The position numbers and the translations under genes are program-made. Of a stretch of DNA of 64,000 bases, positions 58,201 through 64,000 are shown piece by piece (position 1 is the stretch's first letter; the number at the start of each line of letters is the position of its first letter). The notes below the pieces were generated by a model, which was not told the origin of the DNA, did not search any database, and saw nothing but the letters and a program-made list of their open reading frames with translations. Source of the stretch: Sphaerodactylus townsendi (Eukaryota); NCBI RefSeq assembly GCF_021028975.2, contig NC_059440.1, positions 29,388,001 to 29,452,000 on the forward strand. Reading direction: 5' to 3'.

Positions 58201-61200
58201 TTCCAGCCCCCATCCTCCACCCTCTGGACTCCTCCTACAAAGAAACAGACAGATACAGGATGGAAGCTCAGGGCAAGATTCTGAAGGTGTTTTCAGGGAA
58301 ACTGTCCTGCACACTTCTGCCCATTCCAGCTAGAGAGGCCCCCTCCAGCCAAAGAGAACACCACAGATGAGCCTGCCCTCCAGTCCAGCCTTCCAATGAG
58401 TGCGCTTGCTGACGCACCACTCAGGAGCCAAGACAGGCGAGCACAAGGCATGGTGCCAGGACTTACCAGGCCTCCTCTTCTCTTTGGTCATCAACTGCTG
58501 GACTTTCCGTTGCTCCTCCTGCTCTTCAATTTTTGCTTCTTTATGGATCTGTTCTATTGTCTTGGGGCCTTGATCTGCCCTTCGTGATACCCAGTTACAC
58601 TGCAAAAGATGGGAGGACAAACCCTGTAAGGGAGGCATTCCTTACAGCAGTGGTGTATTCCTCACACAAACTATGCAGATCCGGTAGGAGCCCATTCCTA
58701 TCTGCTTTCATGTCTGTCCCTTTTTGTTTTTTTGTTAAGTTTATAAACTGGGAAGACCGTGGATCTAGGATTCCACTGCACAAGCAGCCTGTGGCCAGTG
58801 GGGAAAAATATCCTGTCGCTCTAATGGAGGTTATTATTCCTAATAATATGGAAATGGGAAGCTGAAGCTCTTTATGGCATGGAGGTAAATAACACCCTGA
58901 CAAGACTCTACCGAAGGCAGGTGGCACTCCTTTGCCCCTCTCCTTGTAAGGCACCCTGGGAAACTGACGGTACGAGCAGACAAACAAAGTGGGTCAAGAC
59001 ACTTAGCGGAGGACTGCTCTGAGAACGGTGATCAAATTCCCAACGAAAACCATCAACAAAGCCAGGCCTGTCCTTGAGCAACCACTCTGACCCACCAGCC
59101 TGCTTTTCAGATCTCTTCTGGTCACATCTCTCACCAAACACATACCTGCCTGAGGTCTATGACATCTTGAAGCATGAACCGGATCCTAGATGAAGTTTTC
59201 CTCTCTTTCACTATCTTCTCCATTTGGTTGAAATACTGATCCATTCGAGGCTGGAAGACAGACAAATGCCCTCACCATCTCTGCCAGCAGAGGGGGGTCA
59301 TTCCAGGGAGCCTCAGTGTGTCCAGTTGATCCCCAAAGCAAATCACAGTAGTGGTAAACTCTAAATGTTTGGGGGTGACTGAACTTCCCAAGTGAACAGC
59401 AGAAAGAGGACAAAACACAAGCCTCCAGAAGGGCACCGAGTGGGCTCCGTCCTCCAACCAGATCTGGAAATCTCTGCCAAGTTTACTTGAAGCCTGGAGT
59501 GAATGTAGGAAGCGAAATCTGTTCGCTCACCACAGATGGAGAACACAGCAAGAATTGGGATGACCATCAAACTCTCAAGCTGATGTCAATTCATCAAACA
59601 TGAACTGCAGGATTCCTAATTTGTGGCAATATGAGGTCAGCGAATGGGGGAAAGGCTGGTGCCACTTAGAATGCCCCCCCCCCCCCCCAAGCCTGGACCA
59701 GTTTGTCATGACTGCGGCCCTGCCTCACCTTGGCTTTCTCAAAGTCCAAGTCTTTGCCAATGGTGGTCAAGAGGCGGCAGAGGCACTCCAAGGACTCCTC
59801 GTCGTGGTTCTTCAGCAGCTTCACCACGCAGTCGTGCATGATGGCCTCCGTCAGCATCTTCAGCTTGAAGAGCTCTCCAATGAACTTGATGTTGCCAATG
59901 GAGCGCCGGCGGGCCTTGTCCTTGGCCTCCTCCAGCTCATCGTGAAGCCGTGTCCTCTCCTCCGGCTGCAGCACAGGAAAGGGAATGTCCACAAGGGGTC
60001 AGAGCGGCCATCCCACGACCGCACAGCCAGAGACACCCACCTTCTTATTCCCAGCACCAGTGAAAAACAAACCCCTCTGTCCACATTCAGCCAAACGAGG
60101 CATACCCGGCCCCCGCCCCCAGACGCTCTGCGGAAGGAACTTCGCTGGAGACTTACCGTGGTGGCAGCTTCCAGCTCCTTCTGCTTTTTCTCAAAGACAT
60201 CATCGTCAGCTTTGTCCTTTTCAAATTCCTTCTGGCAGCGATTCAGCAGCAACTTGCGGAAATTGACGGTGCTTCCAGGCTTCTCTGCCATGGGCACTTT
60301 TAGCTACGCCCAGCACAAGGGAAGCAAAAGTCAGGTCCCCTCTGTAATTCCTGACTTATTCACCAGAGAACACCAATTCTGCCCCACCCCCACCCCACCC
60401 CGGGGAAGGGGAGAAGGAATCCTCCACTTTGGGGCCTCTCCCCCAGGGCCATTCAACTGGCCGGCAGGGGGACTTGCCAGCAGCAAACTGGGGCCACAGG
60501 AAGTGACATCATCCCATCACTAGTGATGCATGGATGCTCTGGTATTTGGGCAAAAACTCTATGGTAAGAACAGCTTCTACCATAGAGTTCTTGCCCAAAT
60601 ACCAGAGTGTCCCTGTGTCACCGGCTACATGATATCAATGCACTGCCCATGACAGAAGCCCATGCTTGAGTTGATCCACTTGCTATCCCTGCTTCTTTCA
60701 TGGGGGACAGTCTGAGGGCAACATCCACCCACGGCTGCTCTCGGCACAGTCCCTCCCATTTGACTGCACGGAGCAGATTCCACAACAAGGCTCTGATGCT
60801 TATCTGAATGATCTGCAAGGGACCATCCCATGACACCAGCCGCTGTATTCAAATCCCACCCAAGCTGCGAGAGTCATTTGTTTCAGCCTGAGCTCACCAG
60901 ACCACCCCCTGTCCTTCCCCTAGCCAGGAACCCTCCCCTCCCCAGCCTCACCGTGACAAGACATCGACACATGTTCGCATAGGCCACAGAGAAGCTGGGC
61001 TCATCAATCGCCTTCTCAAACACCAGGTCAATGATGCCTTTCAGCCTTTCTTCTGTGTCCACAGTTAGATCGGTCACTTGCTTCATTAGCTGATTGAACA
61101 TCTGCGGGGTCAGCTTGTTCAAGATACTTCGCACTTTGCGGAACAGCTCCTGAAGCAAAAGCAGAAGCAGATGCAAGAGAAAGGCCGCCAAATGTGGTGA

Positions 61201-63860
61201 GATGGAGAGAAATGGTGGGGGTTGCCCCAAGGCAGCTTACGGTACCCCCCCCCCTCTGCATTTATGTTGGATCCGCCAGCACGCCAACAGTGGCCCACTG
61301 TGAATTCCACAAAACTCCCCCACACACAAAGCCCCCTCCATACAAGACCAGTTGGAACAAACAGCTCCACCCACTTGAGGAGGGCAAGGCAGAGATAGTC
61401 AGACTCAACAAGACTGTGAGAAGGACCCTTGGCACGCGGGAGGCTTCTTTCTTTATTCCAAAGGCAGAAATATTCCAGAAGAGGCAGTAGGTTGTCTGGT
61501 ATCCTGATCCCTTTTCCATGCAACGTGAAACCCAAGGGAAGCCAGGCTGGCACCCAAAGATCTCACCTGGGTCTTGATGCTCTCGGGGTCTTCTGGCTGC
61601 GTCTCACGTTTCAGGCTGGGCTTCCAGGCATTCTCGGATTTCTTCAGGTGGATGTCCTCTTTGACGCAAACCGTGATGATCTTTCGGGGCTCTCGCCTCT
61701 GACCAGGCTGAGATCTCCGTGGCCCAACATTCAACAGCTAAGACAAAAATTCCCCCACCCAAAATTACATTCCCTTGGCTTAGACAGAGACGCATAGCAA
61801 CATGACATGCTCCGGCAGCCTGTGAGAAGTCCTGCAAGCAGCGTCTGAATGGGGGGGAGGAAGGTCTGGGGCTGCCTGGGCTACACTCCTGACGTTTGGG
61901 GAAGGCCCACCTCACCCTGGAAGCAGTGCTGGTTTGGAAAACTCTGCTGATGCTGCCGTCCTTTTTCGTAAATGAATGTCACAACAACTTAAAGAGTAGC
62001 AATGGTTTTCTCACAAAATCCAACTAAGCTGCTCAGGCAGGGAAAAAGCGACATGCTCCCCTCCTCCCGCAAAGGCAAGCCCACATCTGAGGAGGAGACA
62101 ATGAGCCCCAAGTCCTCCCTCACCCCCTTCCCCTTGCAAAGAACAGGAAAACCCTCCTTCCCCCCCAGAACAGCCACTGCCGCTGCAAAGCACAGCCTCC
62201 AGCTCCGCCTTCGGAGGGATGCCCACTGCCCTCCCACTGCCTCCCACCAGGTTTCTCCAAGCACAAAAATCAAGGGAGACATCCCCCGGCCCCTCCATGC
62301 TGAGGGGCAGCTTAAGTGCAGGCACTAAACTGCAACTAGTTCTGTCAGGGCTCGGCACCTGGGCAGGCCACTCACGCTGTGGCAATGGGGAGACAACTCT
62401 GCTCTTTAGAGAGACCAAATCCTGCTTCACAGTGGACGTGTCCAAGTTCATCTGCAATATTTGGTGCGCGGCTTGACAAGTACAGAAAACACACACCACA
62501 GGAGCACACAAGTCCACCCATCGGCACCAAGCCTCACAAGCGGAGAACTGATTTCACTGAGCTCAACCTGTCACTCAAACATGGTCCATGCAGGCTGACC
62601 CACAACACCCCCTAAGCGACTGCTGCCAAAGGCAGAGCGGGCCCTTCCTTCAGCAGCCCTGGCTACGAAGGCACAAGGATCTCGGAACCTCTCCGCGTCA
62701 GCTTAATGGCACACAACCTGCTTCAGTCCTGCCCTTTTCCTCAGGCATCTGGAAAGAGAAATGGGCCCACTGGCACGCCCCAGGACTCAGCAGGCCCAAA
62801 CCAACTGCGGCTGAGAGAGAAGCTCTCCTGACGGGCCTCCATGCAACACAGTCAAAGAACATGGACAGGGACAACTCTAACCAAGGCCTTGGGGCACCAG
62901 CAGCTGACATTCTTCTCCTGGTCAGTCCCTTATTCCAACTGGCTTCCAGGAAGTGAAGGGTGCAGAAGGAAATCCTTCCTTCTGCCCACGGTCAAGGACT
63001 CCGTGCCCACACCACCTCTGGACACTCCCCACTGACTTCTCTTTCTCCATCCCCTCCAACAGCCAGGCTTCCCTTGTGGCCACCAACCTCAGGAACACCA
63101 CTGGAGGAAGGAGCTGAAACGTCAGCACAGGGGCCACGTCTCGTGGGAAAGGGGGTGGTTAGCAATGAGCCCCTTCCACAGCTCTTGCTTTTTGGCACAG
63201 GGCGCCCCAGAGAGGACAAGGGGCACACAAATCCCCCTGCCCCATGAGGCAGCCCAAGACACAGAGGTTGTAGCTCTCAGGTGGCCAAGGACATGTTCCC
63301 CCCAGCTCCTGCTGCCTCACGCGTGCCCACAACACACATGGCAGGTATTCGGCCTCATCTGAATTCCTTGGGAAACAATACATTACCCAGGTGAGTGTTT
63401 TTCAGGACCCCCAGGTTACTGAAATGCCATTACTTTCACAAAACACAATGGAGGAAGCTGCCAGTCAGGAACACAAGGGGGGAAATGCACTCTGCCCTGA
63501 ATGCTTTCGAGCAAGACTTACCTGATCTCCCCCTCTCTCTCCTCAGGACCGCAAAGGGCAGCCCCGGGCGAATCCAGCTCAGGCCAAAGTTCCAGCTCGC
63601 CCTCTGCTGGGGATGTCCCACCCACCACTGAAGAGACTGCCTAGAGAAGGGACAAGGCAAGGCGGGCGGCTGGGTGCCTCTGGCTCCTCTCTCGGGAGGA
63701 AGGGGGAGAGAGCCCTTCGCAGAAAGAGGGGAGGGGGGAGAGGGTGGCTTACCCCTATCGACAGGTTCCGCAGGGGTGGGTGAGAGACCAACAAAGGGCA
63801 GGCTGGGGTGCCACACCGAGCAAGAGACTGGAGGCCAGGAGGGGGCTGCACTTTGCAGGC
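49300..63860 (-). CDS. EIF4G3: EIF4G3, eukaryotic translation initiation factor 4 gamma 3; 3' half (MIF4G, MA3, W2 domains); 5' part lies beyond the right edge
   Basis: Exons: 63860-63753 (alternative exon [16 protein letters not shown]), 61737-61567, 61149-60952 ([18 protein letters not shown]), 60303-60157, 59965-59729, 59250-59146, 58599-58467, 58234-58137, 57898-57805, 56748-56631, 56336-56113, 55126-55008 (GC donor), 54826-54654, 54499-54374, 54184-54103, 53641-53543, 52902-52756, 52379-52298, 50739-50593, 49481-49300 (..[15 protein letters not shown]). All in phase. Confidence 0.97.
49845..49942. mobile_element. hAT-type MITE with TIRs and 8-bp target-site duplication
   Basis: 17-bp perfect TIRs caggggtagggaacctg / caggttccctacccctg. 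Flanks gtttagac / ttttagac match at 7/8. Confidence 0.85.
51154..51287. other. Assembly gap (134 N) in an EIF4G3 intron
   Basis: Run of N. The flanking exons join in phase, so no constitutive coding exon is missing. Confidence 0.99.
57265..57359. mobile_element. Palindromic MITE (related to 49845-49942)
   Basis: Near-perfect 95-bp hairpin ccctccagatgttatggactacagttcc..gggaactgtagtccataacatctggaggg. Confidence 0.8.
60537..60607. repeat. 30-bp inverted repeat, probably the core of a palindromic DNA element
   Basis: ctctggtatttgggcaaaaactctatggta / taccatagagttcttgcccaaataccagag, with one mismatch and an 11-nt loop. Confidence 0.8.
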
Positions 63861-64000
63861 CTGGAGAGAGACAAAAGGGGGCGGGGGGGCAAGTCATCCA
63901 CAGGTCAGGCTTAGCTTTGGATGCCCTCCCCGCAGAGGGCCAGGCACACAGCATGCCACACGCAGGCAGGGCGGATGGTGGGCCCTGCAAAAGAAGCCCC

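Noticed and set aside
59600-60523. 307-aa plus-strand ORF
   Set aside because: Antisense shadow of EIF4G3 MIF4G exons.

Overview
Vertebrate genomic DNA, GC-rich and compact. The repeat content (CR1, Sauria/Squam-like SINEs, DIRS, hAT MITEs) points to a squamate, probably a gecko; this is an inference. All recognisable genes are on the minus strand. In transcription order (right to left) they are: the 3' half of EIF4G3, HP1BP3, SH2D5, DDOST, DDI2, an RSC1A1-like exon, and exon 1 of PLEKHM2. Exon boundaries were read by hand from splice sites and remembered human protein sequences. Main observation: the RSC1A1-like ORF, which ends in a UBA domain, has no ATG at the position of the mammalian start. 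It has a strong phase-1 splice acceptor exactly in frame with DDI2 exon 8. Skipping the 64-nt stop-containing DDI2 exon 9 would give a ~972-aa DDI2-RSC1A1 protein with the Ddi1-like UBL-HDD-RVP-(UIM)-linker-UBA layout. Other points: KIF17 and PINK1, the human neighbours of DDOST, are absent, and a perfect RFX X-box sits where KIF17 would be. There is also a decayed DIRS retrotransposon with RT, RNase H and tyrosine-recombinase remnants, a triple octamer cluster in HP1BP3 intron 1, two GC-AG introns, several hairpins, and apparent frameshifts (DDI2 exon 6, HP1BP3) that may be assembly errors. One N-gap lies at 51154-51287.
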